From contig JAFSGW010000099.1 of assembly GCA_017440585.1 (NCBI GenBank), positions 42,436 to 106,435 of the forward strand: a stretch of DNA of 64,000 nucleotides, written 5' to 3'. The translations under genes and the position numbers were made by a program. Of the stretch, positions 9,303 to 17,779 are shown one piece after another. The notes under the pieces were generated by a model. That model had not been told where the DNA came from. It ran no database searches and saw only the letters and a program-made list of their open reading frames with translations. Every line of letters starts with the position of its first letter. Within the stretch, counting starts at the first letter, position 1. Source of the stretch: Clostridia bacterium (lineage in GTDB: Bacteria; Bacillota; Clostridia; UMGS1883).

Positions 9303-9467
9303 CTAAAAAAGCTTTAAGTCCTTGCCTATTTTCCCTATTGAGGCAAAACGCAGAATGTTTATGGCACTGTCCATATAAGGTGCACGCTTAGGGCTTAAAA
9401 AGGGTTTTAAGGCAAGAAGGAGCCTTGTGCGGTCATCGGGCGGCACAAGGGAGGAAAGGTTACCCAT
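9303..9467 (-). CDS. 54-aa hypothetical protein (absent from the ORF track)
   Basis: MGNLSSLVPPDDRTRLLLALKPFLSPKRAPYMDSAINILRFASIGKIGKDLKLF*; TGATG-coupled to upstream ORF; its stop overlaps the next gene's SD. Confidence 0.7.
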   Translation of the reverse strand: MGNLSSLVPPDDRTRLLLALKPFLSPKRAPYMDSAINILRFASIGKIGKDLKLF

Positions 9468-9712
9468 CAGGGGGTTTTGCCCACCCTTTTTGTCAGCTCC
9501 CCCAATACATCCCGTGCCTTTTCGTCGCCCTTTACAGCCTCGGCAATGCTCTTTAAGGAGTCGGGCATTTCACTTCCGTCGGGCATTTTACCCTCTGTGA
9601 GCATTTTTGCCGCATCCTTTCCTTCGGGTGTTGACAAAAACTCCGTTGCCTGAGCTATGCCCTTCTTAAGTGTTTCAGGGTCCATGTTTTTCAAAAGATT
9701 GAATATGTCCAT
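9467..9712 (-). CDS. Small hypothetical protein
   Basis: GAAAGGA SD, host codon style, first of a three-gene operon. Confidence 0.65.
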   Translation of the reverse strand: MDIFNLLKNMDPETLKKGIAQATEFLSTPEGKDAAKMLTEGKMPDGSEMPDSLKSIAEAVKGDEKARDVLGELTKRVGKTP

Positions 9713-9756
9713 ACTTCATCGTCCTTTCGTAATATAATATTCCCGATGCCCATTTG

Positions 9757-9785
9757 TTGACACAAGGGGCTTTTGGGTGTAAAAT
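9757..9785 (+). promoter_or_regulatory. Sigma-A promoter
   Basis: TTGACA-17-TAAAAT upstream of the phosphoesterase-coaX operon. Confidence 0.7.
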
Positions 9786-9801
9786 AAACGTGGTGAGAAG
9801 A

Positions 9802-10275
9802 ATGAGATTTTTGATAATTGCTGACTCCCACGGCTCAACAAGACGGTTTGACAAGGCAATAGTTGCCTTTGAGCCCGACGGGATAATCCATCTGGGAGAC
9901 ATTGAACGGGATGTGGAATATCTCATGGATGTGTACCCTCACATTCCCCTTTATGCAGTTGTGGGTAATAACGACCCCTGGTGCAGAAGAGAAGCGGAAA
10001 AGGTTATCGAGGCAGATGGTGTTAAAATTTTTATGACCCACGGCCACCTTTACGGCGTGTGGGACAAGGGCTTACGCATTGCAGAGCGTGCAGAGGAATT
10101 GGGCTGCAGTGTAGCTCTTTTTGGCCACAGCCACGTGCCCGTGGACGAAGTTTACGGCAATGTGCACGTCTTTAACCCGGGCAGTATTTCACGCCCGAGG
10201 GTGGGGGAGTACAGCGTGGGTATTATGGAAATTGAAAACGGTGAGGCAAAGTTTGCCCACTGTGACTGGTTATAA
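9802..10275 (+). CDS. Metallophosphoesterase, YfcE/MJ0936 family
   Basis: ADSHG, HLGD, VGNND, THGH, FGHSH, NPGS motifs. Confidence 0.92.
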   Translation: MRFLIIADSHGSTRRFDKAIVAFEPDGIIHLGDIERDVEYLMDVYPHIPLYAVVGNNDPWCRREAEKVIEADGVKIFMTHGHLYGVWDKGLRIAERAEELGCSVALFGHSHVPVDEVYGNVHVFNPGSISRPRVGEYSVGIMEIENGEAKFAHCDWL

Positions 10276-10286
10276 GGAGGTATTGT

Positions 10287-11060
10287 ATGTTACTTGCAAT
10301 AGACGTTGGTAATACAAATATTGTGCTTGGTGCCTTCGACGGCAAAGCTCTGGTAAAAAGCTTCCGTGTTGCAACAAGCTACGAAAAGTCCCGTGATGAA
10401 TACGGCATGATGTTTCTTCAGCTTTTAATGTTCAATTCAATAAAGGTGGAGGACATTGACGATGTTATCATCTCCTCCGTTGTGCCTCCGGTTATGTATT
10501 CCTTGGAAAGAGCCATAACAAAATACCTTGGCAAAAAGCCCATCGTTGTTACAAACGAGCTTGATTTAGGGCTTAACATAAAGTACGAAAACCCCCGTGA
10601 GGTTGGTGCCGACAGGCTTGTGAATGCAGTTGCCGTTCACGAAAAGTATAATTGCGATGCCATTATTGTGGACTTTGGCACGGCGACCACCTTCTGTGCA
10701 CTGACAAAGGAGGGGGACTACTTAGGCGGTGCAATCTGCCCCGGTATAAAAATAAGCGTTGAAGCACTTTTTTCAAAAACAAGTAAGCTTCCCCGTATTG
10801 AGCTTGCTCCCACAAAAACAGTTATAGGCAGAACAACCGTTTCCAGCATGCAGTCGGGGGTTATCCACGGCTACGTAGGTCAGGTGGACTATATGGTTAA
10901 ATTAATCCGAGAGGAAATGGGCGTGGAGGCAAAGGTTATAGCAACGGGTGGCCTCAGCGGCATGATAAGCGAGGAAAGCAGTACTATTGACATTATTGAG
11001 CCTAACCTTACCCTTGACGGATTAAGGGTTATTTACGACAGATTGAAGGTGACAGGATGA
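10287..11060 (+). CDS. coaX: Type III pantothenate kinase
   Basis: LLAIDVGNTN, GADR, VDFGTATT, GGAICPG. Confidence 0.96.
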   Translation: MLLAIDVGNTNIVLGAFDGKALVKSFRVATSYEKSRDEYGMMFLQLLMFNSIKVEDIDDVIISSVVPPVMYSLERAITKYLGKKPIVVTNELDLGLNIKYENPREVGADRLVNAVAVHEKYNCDAIIVDFGTATTFCALTKEGDYLGGAICPGIKISVEALFSKTSKLPRIELAPTKTVIGRTTVSSMQSGVIHGYVGQVDYMVKLIREEMGVEAKVIATGGLSGMISEESSTIDIIEPNLTLDGLRVIYDRLKVTG

Positions 11061-11443
11061 CCGAAAAAGCAAAATACACACAAAAAGCACCCTCCCTTGG
11101 CAATGCAAAGGTAAGGAGCCTTGGGTTTATCGCTCTTGCAACGGTATTTATTGCGGCTCTGGTAATTGTAAACTTCCTTCCCTACAGCGGTGTGCTCACA
11201 CTTATTGTTTTTGGAGCCGGTGCAATAGCAATCCACCGCCTTTTAAGCTCCACCGTTTTCGACATTACATATTCCCTTTATGAAAACAAGCTTGTTTTCA
11301 TACGAAAATACGGAAGGATGGAATGGGAGTGTGAGGTTTTCCCCTTTGATGAGGCAAAGTTTTATGCGGATAAAATTGAGCACCGGGGCAAAACCTACGC
11401 CTTTTATCCCGATGATAAATTAAAGGAATTTTTAGGTATATAA
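11057..11443 (+). CDS. Hypothetical membrane protein
   Basis: Two TM segments; ATGA overlap with coaX. Confidence 0.7.
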   Translation: MTEKAKYTQKAPSLGNAKVRSLGFIALATVFIAALVIVNFLPYSGVLTLIVFGAGAIAIHRLLSSTVFDITYSLYENKLVFIRKYGRMEWECEVFPFDEAKFYADKIEHRGKTYAFYPDDKLKEFLGI

Positions 11444-11524
11444 AATTACAATTCCTACTTGTTTATTTGGATTTAATATGTTAGAATATACTTATAAAAT
11501 TATAATTTGAAAGGATGACCATTT

Positions 11525-12172
11525 ATGAAACTCTTTATCGACACAGCCAATGTTGCCGATATCAAAGCGGCAAACGACTTAGGCGTTATCTGCGGTGTTA
11601 CAACTAACCCCTCTCTTATCGCTAAGGAAGGCAGAGATTTCAAGGAAGTTGTTACTGAAATCACATCTATCGTTGACGGTCCCATCAGTGCTGAAGTTAT
11701 CGCTCTTGACCACGAGGGCATGGTAAGTGAAGCAAAGGAGCTTGTTAAGATTCATAAGAACATCGTTATCAAGATTCCTATGACACTTGAAGGCTTAAAG
11801 GCAGTTAAGATTCTTAGTGCTGAAGGCATCAAGACAAACGTTACACTTATCTTCAACTCCACACAGGCTCTTCTTGCAGCCCGTGCAGGTGCTACATATG
11901 TTTCTCCCTTCTTGGGCAGACTTGACGACATCGGCATGAACGGAATGAACCTTATTGAAGAAATCGTTGACATTTTCGACACACACGGTATCGAAACAGA
12001 AATTATCGCAGCTTCTGTTCGTCATCCTGTTCACGTTATCGAAGCAGCTCGCCTCGGTGCACACATCGCTACAATTCCTTACAACGTAATCGTTCAGATG
12101 TCCAAGCATCCTCTTACAGATGCAGGTATTGAACGCTTCCTTAAGGACTGGGAAGGCGTACCCAAGAAGTAA
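11525..12172 (+). CDS. fsa: Transaldolase / fructose-6-phosphate aldolase family
   Basis: [43 protein letters not shown]. Confidence 0.93.
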   Translation: MKLFIDTANVADIKAANDLGVICGVTTNPSLIAKEGRDFKEVVTEITSIVDGPISAEVIALDHEGMVSEAKELVKIHKNIVIKIPMTLEGLKAVKILSAEGIKTNVTLIFNSTQALLAARAGATYVSPFLGRLDDIGMNGMNLIEEIVDIFDTHGIETEIIAASVRHPVHVIEAARLGAHIATIPYNVIVQMSKHPLTDAGIERFLKDWEGVPKK

Positions 12173-12192
12173 TAAAATAAGGAGACAGTAAA

Positions 12193-12993
12193 ATGAGTAT
12201 TTTAAATAAATTCAGCCTTGAGGGCAAGGTTGCTCTCGTTACAGGTGCTTCCTACGGTATCGGCTATGCAATCGCATCCGGTCTTCATGAAGCAGGCGCA
12301 AAGGTTGTTTTCTGCGACATCAAGCAGGAATTTGTTGACAAGGGTCTCGCTGCATATGCAGCTGACGGTATCGATGCTAAGGGCTACGTTTGCGACGTAA
12401 CTGATGAAGATGCAGTTAACGCTATGGTAGCTAAAATCGAAGAAGAAGTTGGCGTTATTGATATCCTCGTTAACAACGCAGGTATCATCAAGAGAATCCC
12501 CATGTGCGAAATGAGCGCTGCTGACTTTAGGCAGGTTATCGACGTTGACCTTAACGCTCCCTTCATCTGCGCAAAGGCAGTTATTCCTTCCATGATCAAG
12601 AAGGGCCACGGTAAGATTATTAACATCTGCTCCATGATGAGCGAGCTCGGTAGAGAAACAGTATCTGCTTACGCTGCTGCAAAGGGCGGATTGAAGATGC
12701 TTACAAGAAACATCTGCTCCGAATATGGCGAAATGAACATTCAGTGTAACGGTATCGGCCCCGGCTATATCGAAACACCCCAGACAGCACCTCTTCGTGA
12801 AAGACAGGCAGACGGCTCCCGTCATCCCTTCGATGCTTTCATCATCGGTAAGACACCTGCTGCCCGTTGGGGTAAAACAGAAGACCTTGTAGGTCCTGCT
12901 GTATTCCTCGCATCCGATGCATCCGACTTCGTAAACGGCCATGTATTGTATGTAGACGGCGGTATTCTTGCCTATATCGGCAAGCAACCCTAA
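12193..12993 (+). CDS. idnO: Gluconate 5-dehydrogenase-family SDR (likely KduD-equivalent in the uronate pathway)
   Basis: TGASYGIG, NNAG, YAAAK; lies directly upstream of kduI. Confidence 0.85.
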   Translation: MSILNKFSLEGKVALVTGASYGIGYAIASGLHEAGAKVVFCDIKQEFVDKGLAAYAADGIDAKGYVCDVTDEDAVNAMVAKIEEEVGVIDILVNNAGIIKRIPMCEMSAADFRQVIDVDLNAPFICAKAVIPSMIKKGHGKIINICSMMSELGRETVSAYAAAKGGLKMLTRNICSEYGEMNIQCNGIGPGYIETPQTAPLRERQADGSRHPFDAFIIGKTPAARWGKTEDLVGPAVFLASDASDFVNGHVLYVDGGILAYIGKQP

Positions 12994-13168
12994 ATTTTTG
13001 AGTAAAATCGTCATCTTGCCGCCTTGAACCTTGGGGCGGTGCAACAGCACAGCACCCAATGCCCAAAGCGACAATCTGAACGATTTTCTTTCAAAAATTG
13101 CTCTGAGTAAAGAGATGCACAATCTGACGAAATCTCTTTCAAATTTTGAAAGTAATAAAAGCAAGCTG

Positions 13169-13196
13169 TAGCAGGCAGGCAAAAGCCTGCCTGCTA
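13169..13196. repeat. 12-bp-stem palindrome in the SDR-kduI spacer
   Basis: tagcaggcaggc-aaaa-gcctgcctgcta; begins within a GTAG; no long U tract. Confidence 0.6.
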
Positions 13197-13221
13197 TTTA
13201 GATTAAAGGAGGAGAATACCC

Positions 13222-14052
13222 GTGGAAGTAAGATACGATACCCATCCTAATGATGCGATGTTTTACACAACTGAAGAATTAAGAGGTCATTACCTCATTG
13301 AAAACCTTTTTGAAAAGGGTAAAATCAACACAGTTTATTCTCACGTTGACCGCATTATCGTTGGCGGTGCAACACCCGGAAGCGATGCTTTAAAGCTGGA
13401 AGCAGGCGACGAGCTCCGTGCGGCATATTTTTTGGAGAGACGTGAACTTGGTATTATCAACATCGGTGCACCCGGTAAGGTTACACTTGACGGTGTTGAA
13501 TATAGTTTAGGCAACAAGGACGGCTTATACGTTGGTATGGGCACAAAGGATGTCAAGTTTGAAAGTGACGACGAAGCTAACCCTGCAAAGTTCTACTTTA
13601 ACTCTGCTCCTGCTCACACAACCTACCCCACAGTATTTATCGATATGGAAAAGGCCAACAAGCGTCCTATCGGTTCTATGGAAGACAGTAACAAGAGAAC
13701 AATTTATCAGTATATTCACCCTGCAGTATTAAAAACCTGCCAGCTTTCCATGGGCTTAACTAAGCTGGAAGAGGGCAGTATGTGGAACACAATGCCCTGC
13801 CATACTCACGAAAGAAGAATGGAAGTATACCTTTACTTCGACCTTCCCGAAGATGCAGCAGTTTTCCACCTTATGGGTCAGCCTCAGGAAACACGCCACA
13901 TCGTTATGCATAACGAGCAGGCAGTTATTTCTCCCTCCTGGTCCATCCACTCCGGCGTCGGCACACATTGCTACACCTTCATCTGGGGCATGGTTGGCGA
14001 AAATCAGGACTTTGACGATATGGACCACTGCAAAACAAATGAATTAAAATAA
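13222..14052 (+). CDS. kduI: 5-dehydro-4-deoxy-D-glucuronate isomerase
   Basis: FLERRELGIINIG, WNTMPCHTHERRMEVY, SPSWSIHSGVG, GENQ. Confidence 0.96.
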   Translation: MEVRYDTHPNDAMFYTTEELRGHYLIENLFEKGKINTVYSHVDRIIVGGATPGSDALKLEAGDELRAAYFLERRELGIINIGAPGKVTLDGVEYSLGNKDGLYVGMGTKDVKFESDDEANPAKFYFNSAPAHTTYPTVFIDMEKANKRPIGSMEDSNKRTIYQYIHPAVLKTCQLSMGLTKLEEGSMWNTMPCHTHERRMEVYLYFDLPEDAAVFHLMGQPQETRHIVMHNEQAVISPSWSIHSGVGTHCYTFIWGMVGENQDFDDMDHCKTNELK

Positions 14053-14105
14053 TTCATTTGTTCTGCAAGTAAAAATAAAGAAATCGGATATAAGAATTAA
14101 TAAAA

Positions 14106-14164
14106 AGAATTTTGCATGCAAAATTCTACCGAAACTATTCACTTTTCACTATTAACTCTTCACT
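14106..14164. repeat. GAATTTTGC/GCAAAATTC hairpin plus degenerate heptamer tract
   Basis: agaattttgc-at-gcaaaattct followed by actattc-acttttc-actatta-actcttc. Confidence 0.65.
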
Positions 14165-14188
14165 GTCCGACTGTAAGGAGGACTTATT

Positions 14189-14827
14189 ATGCATTGGGCA
14201 AGAAAATGGCAATGTCAGCAGATAGCCAAGGAAATTGTTGACATTTTAAACGAAAAGGGATACACAGCCCGCTATGCTGAAAACTGCGACGAAGCAAAGC
14301 AGATGATTATTGATACCATTCCCGAGGGCTCATCCATCGCTATGGGTGGCAGTGTTACCTTAGGTGACATGGGCATGGTTGAGGTTTTCAGAAGCGACAA
14401 GTACCGCTTCTATGACCGCTATGCAACAGGTAGCTATGAAGAATGCTATCAGGTTTACCGTGAGAGTATGATGGCTGACTGGTTAGTTACAGGCTCCAAC
14501 GCCATCACACGTGACGGCGAAATTGTTAATACTGACTCCTCGGGTAACCGTGCAGGCGGTATTATCTTTGGACCTGATAAGGTTATGATTGTTGTTGGTG
14601 CAAATAAGGTTGTTGACGACCTTCCTGCAGCATTTGACCGTATCAAGCAAATTGCTCCTGCAAATGCAAAGCGTATCGGCCACAGAACACCCTGTGCCGT
14701 AACGGGCAAGTGCGAAATGTGCGAAATCCAGCAGAGCGTATGTAATGCAACAAGCATTATACATAACGGCCGTAAGCATCCCGGCAGATTTAATGTGATA
14801 GTAATCGCCGAAGATGTAGGCTTTTAA
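14189..14827 (+). CDS. LUD-domain (lactate utilization-like) protein
   Basis: GGSVTL, SNAITRDGEIVNTDSSGNR, GANKVV, PCAVTGKCEMC..VCN. Confidence 0.88.
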   Translation: MHWARKWQCQQIAKEIVDILNEKGYTARYAENCDEAKQMIIDTIPEGSSIAMGGSVTLGDMGMVEVFRSDKYRFYDRYATGSYEECYQVYRESMMADWLVTGSNAITRDGEIVNTDSSGNRAGGIIFGPDKVMIVVGANKVVDDLPAAFDRIKQIAPANAKRIGHRTPCAVTGKCEMCEIQQSVCNATSIIHNGRKHPGRFNVIVIAEDVGF

Positions 14828-14833
14828 AAAATC

Positions 14834-14923
14834 AGCAATTAGCAATTAGTAATGAGAAATTGAATGAAAAGAAATTTTGCAGGCAAAATTTCTTCCTTAA
14901 TTGCTCATTGCTCATTAATCATT
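14834..14923. repeat. Heptamer tracts in inverted orientation around a hairpin
   Basis: (agcaatt)n...aagaaattttgc-ag-gcaaaatttctt...ttaattgctcattgctcatt. Confidence 0.8.
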
Positions 14924-14951
14924 ACAAATTATTTTAAAGGAGTTGTTTCCA

Positions 14952-15983
14952 ATGGCAAAAGTAGTAACAATGGGCGAAATTATGCTCAGACTTTCCACAC
15001 CCGGTAATGAAAGATTCCTGCAGGCAGACGAATTTGACGTTTGCTACGGCGGCGGCGAAGCTAACGTTGCAGTATCTTTGGCAAACTATGGTCACGATGC
15101 TGAATTCGTGACAAAGGTTCCTTCTAACCCCATCGGTGACTGTGCAGTAGCTGCACTTCGCAAGATGAACGTTGAAACAAAGAACATCGCCCGTGGCGGT
15201 GAGAGACTCGGTATTTACTTCCTTGAAACAGGTGCTTCCATGCGTGCTTCCAACGTTGTATATGACCGTGCTCATTCCTCCATCTCCACAGCAGTAGCGG
15301 CAGACTTTGACTTCGATAAGATTTTTGAAGGCTGTGACTGGTTCCACTTTACAGGTATCACACCTGCAGTAAGTGATGCAGCGGCAGAATTGACAGAAAT
15401 CGCTCTCAAGAAGGCAAAGGAGCATGGCGTGAAGGTTTCCTGCGACCTTAACTTCCGTAAGAAGCTCTGGTCAAGCGAAAAGGCTCAGAAGGTTATGACA
15501 AACCTTATGCAGTATGTTGACGTTTGTATCGGTAACGAAGAGGATGCTGAAAAAGTTCTTGGCTTCAAGCCCGGTGAAACAGACGTTACAAGCGGTGAAC
15601 TTGAGCTTGCAGGCTACAAGAGCATTTTTGAGCAGATGGTAGAAAAGTTCAACTTTGAATATGTTGTATCTTCTCTCCGTGTTTCTCACAGTGCTTCCGA
15701 CAACGGCTGGTCCGCTTGCATCTATTCAAGAGACACTAAGGAATTCTATCATTCCCGTGAATACCGCATTAACCCCATCGTTGACCGTGTAGGTGGCGGC
15801 GACAGCTTTGCAGCAGGCGTTATCTGCGGTATGCTGGACGGCTATGACTTCAAGAAGGCTCTTGAATACGGCGTAGCAGCATCTGCTCTTAAGCACACAA
15901 TCCCCGGCGATATGAATATCGTAACACGCGCTGAAGTTGAAACTCTTATGGGTGGCGACGGAAGCGGACGAGTACAGAGATAA
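14952..15983 (+). CDS. kdgK: 2-dehydro-3-deoxygluconokinase (PfkB family)
   Basis: GEIMLRL, YGGGEANVA, DLNFRKKLW, DRVGGGDSF. Confidence 0.92.
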   Translation: MAKVVTMGEIMLRLSTPGNERFLQADEFDVCYGGGEANVAVSLANYGHDAEFVTKVPSNPIGDCAVAALRKMNVETKNIARGGERLGIYFLETGASMRASNVVYDRAHSSISTAVAADFDFDKIFEGCDWFHFTGITPAVSDAAAELTEIALKKAKEHGVKVSCDLNFRKKLWSSEKAQKVMTNLMQYVDVCIGNEEDAEKVLGFKPGETDVTSGELELAGYKSIFEQMVEKFNFEYVVSSLRVSHSASDNGWSACIYSRDTKEFYHSREYRINPIVDRVGGGDSFAAGVICGMLDGYDFKKALEYGVAASALKHTIPGDMNIVTRAEVETLMGGDGSGRVQR

Positions 15984-15987
15984 CTTG

Positions 15988-16012
15988 AAAGGACGGCATA
16001 GCCGTCCTTTTT
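15988..16012 (+). terminator. Rho-independent terminator
   Basis: aaaggacggc-ata-gccgtccttttt. Confidence 0.85.
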
Positions 16013-16024
16013 GTTATCTCTGTA

Positions 16025-16222
16025 GCGATATAAATCCCTGTCGGGATTTGCGATATTCCCCTTCGGGGAGCGATATACCTGCGGTGCGATATGTTCGGCT
16101 CTGCCGAACGTGTTATGGGTGTGAGGGATTTATAGCATATCGCATTTTCATTTTAATGAAAATATATCGCATCCGAATGAAATGAGGATATATCGCATTA
16201 TTCCGAAGGAATAATATATCGC
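16025..16222 (+). repeat. GCGATAT/ATATCGC hairpin-chain element, full copy 1
   Basis: GCGATAT at 16025, 16050, 16070, 16086 and ATATCGC at 16137, 16164, 16190, 16216, with a hairpin between successive motifs. Confidence 0.9.
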
Positions 16223-16237
16223 CAAACCGCTTTCCAA

Positions 16238-16278
16238 AATTCTGTGGCAATACACAAAATTTCGGAAAGTGAATATTG
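16238..16278 (+). repeat. 41-bp direct repeat, copy 1 (upstream of AAA ATPase)
   Basis: aattctgtggcaatacacaaaatttcggaaagtgaatattg; 40/41 identical to 17651-17691. Confidence 0.92.
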
Positions 16279-16304
16279 ACTTTAGGTAACGGGTATTATA
16301 TAAT
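16276..16304 (+). promoter_or_regulatory. Sigma-A promoter of AAA ATPase, between repeat copies
   Basis: TTGACT-17-TATAAT; the TTG of the -35 is the last 3 nt of repeat copy 1. Confidence 0.8.
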
Positions 16305-16320
16305 GGAATCGAAAAAACTA

Positions 16321-16349
16321 TGGCAATACACAAAATTTCGGGAAGTGAA
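16321..16349 (+). repeat. 29-bp core of the same repeat, copy 2 (5' UTR)
   Basis: tggcaatacacaaaatttcgggaagtgaa, identical to the core of 17651-17691. Confidence 0.9.
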
Positions 16350-16353
16350 GTTG

Positions 16354-17652
16354 ATGATTGAAAGAAAGAAGTATCTTGATAAATTAATAAGCAAAAAAGA
16401 AAATGGTCTTGTAAAGGTTATTACGGGTATTCGCAGAAGCGGAAAATCATACCTTCTTTTCAATATTTATAAAAGCTACCTGCTTTCTGTCGGGGTCGGT
16501 GAGGATTGCATTATTGAGCTTGCCCTTGATGATGATGAAAATATAAGGTACCGTAACCCCTTGGAGCTTGGTGAATATCTGAGAAACAGGACGGCAGACA
16601 AGGAAAGAATGTATTATGTTTTCCTTGATGAAATACAAAAGGTTGTAACCATTCAGAACCCATATATAAAGGATGTTGAAGATAAAATCGGGTTTGTAGA
16701 TGTTCTTTTGGGGCTTATGAAACGCGAAAATATAGATCTGTATGTTACGGGCAGTAATTCAAAAATGCTCTCGTCGGATATTTTGACGGAGTTTCGCGGC
16801 AGAGGCGATGAAATAAGGGTTAACCCGTTATCCTTCGGCGAGTTTTATAGTGCATTCCCCGGCGATAGGCATGACGCATGGCAGGAATACTGTACTTACG
16901 GAGGATTGCCTCTTGTTTTAAAAAAGCAAACTCACGAAGAAAAGGCAAAATACCTTCAAACCTTGTTCGATAAAATATACTTGAGCGACATAATGGAAAG
17001 AAACAAAATACTTTACGAGAAAACAGTTTTAGATGATATACTGAACATTGTGTCATCTTCTATTGGCTCACTTACAAATGCAAACAATATTGCGAAAACC
17101 TTTAAAAGCAATAAGCAAATCAGTATTGATACGACAACTGTAGCTCGGTATCTGGACTTGTTTATTGATGCGTTTCTCATTTTTAAGGCGGAGCGCTACG
17201 ACGTAAAGGGCAGAAAATATATAGGCTCGCCTTTGAAATACTATTTTTCTGACATAGGGCTTCGTAACGCAAGGCTACAGTTCCGGCAGATGGAAGAAAA
17301 TCATATAATGGAAAACATTATTTATAACGAGCTTATATACCGTGAGTTCAATGTGGATGTGGGCGTTGTCGAATACTTTTATCGTGGCGAAGACAAAAAG
17401 AGCAAACGTGCAAGTCTTGAAATTGATTTTATTGCAAATAAAGGCAGTCAGAAATATTATATTCAATCTGCCTTATCGGTAGCCGATGAAGAAAAACGAA
17501 ATCAGGAAATACGCTCACTTAAAAACGTGGGGGACTCTTTCAAAAAAATTGTGGTTGTGAAGGATAATATCATACCTTATAATGATGAAAACGGAATTTT
17601 CTATATCGGCATTGAGCAGTTTTTGCTTGACGAGAGTATAATGAATGGGTAA
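16354..17652 (+). CDS. AAA+ ATPase (AAA_14 plus DUF4143 family)
   Basis: Walker A GIRRSGKS, Walker B VFLDE, TGSNS, FRGR, YGGLP, KYYFSDIGLRNA, ENIIYNEL, EIDF..YIQS. Confidence 0.9.
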   Translation: MIERKKYLDKLISKKENGLVKVITGIRRSGKSYLLFNIYKSYLLSVGVGEDCIIELALDDDENIRYRNPLELGEYLRNRTADKERMYYVFLDEIQKVVTIQNPYIKDVEDKIGFVDVLLGLMKRENIDLYVTGSNSKMLSSDILTEFRGRGDEIRVNPLSFGEFYSAFPGDRHDAWQEYCTYGGLPLVLKKQTHEEKAKYLQTLFDKIYLSDIMERNKILYEKTVLDDILNIVSSSIGSLTNANNIAKTFKSNKQISIDTTTVARYLDLFIDAFLIFKAERYDVKGRKYIGSPLKYYFSDIGLRNARLQFRQMEENHIMENIIYNELIYREFNVDVGVVEYFYRGEDKKSKRASLEIDFIANKGSQKYYIQSALSVADEEKRNQEIRSLKNVGDSFKKIVVVKDNIIPYNDENGIFYIGIEQFLLDESIMNG

Positions 17653-17691
17653 TTCTGTGGCAATACACAAAATTTCGGGAAGTGAATATTG
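17651..17691 (+). repeat. 41-bp direct repeat, copy 3 (overlaps ATPase stop codon)
   Basis: aattctgtggcaatacacaaaatttcgggaagtgaatattg. Confidence 0.92.
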
Positions 17692-17703
17692 CTCATTACT
17701 CAT

Positions 17704-17752
17704 TGTATTTAATGTCAAGAATTTTGCAAATAAATTCTTGACATTAAATACA
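17704..17752. repeat. Perfect 21-bp inverted repeat overlapping the rpsO -35 box
   Basis: tgtatttaatgtcaagaattt-tgcaaat-aaattcttgacattaaataca. Confidence 0.85.
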
Positions 17753-17766
17753 TGTTGTGTTAATAT
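17738..17766 (+). promoter_or_regulatory. Sigma-A promoter of rpsO-pnp
   Basis: TTGACA-17-TAATAT with TGn extension. Confidence 0.7.
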
Positions 17767-17779
17767 AATAAACGGCTTT

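Noticed and set aside
12202-13182. 326-aa antisense ORF
   Set aside because: Shadow ORF opposite a highly expressed SDR gene
16025-16222. GCGATAT arrays as mini-CRISPRs or integron attC sites
   Set aside because: The repeat is only 7 bp, spacers are self-complementary hairpins, orientation flips midway, and there are no RYYYAAC/GTTRRRY ends or IntI
16238-16349. Repeat-spacer-repeat with CRISPR-like dimensions
   Set aside because: Only two adjacent copies, the spacer is a sigma-A promoter, the third copy is 1.3 kb away, and there are no cas genes in the window
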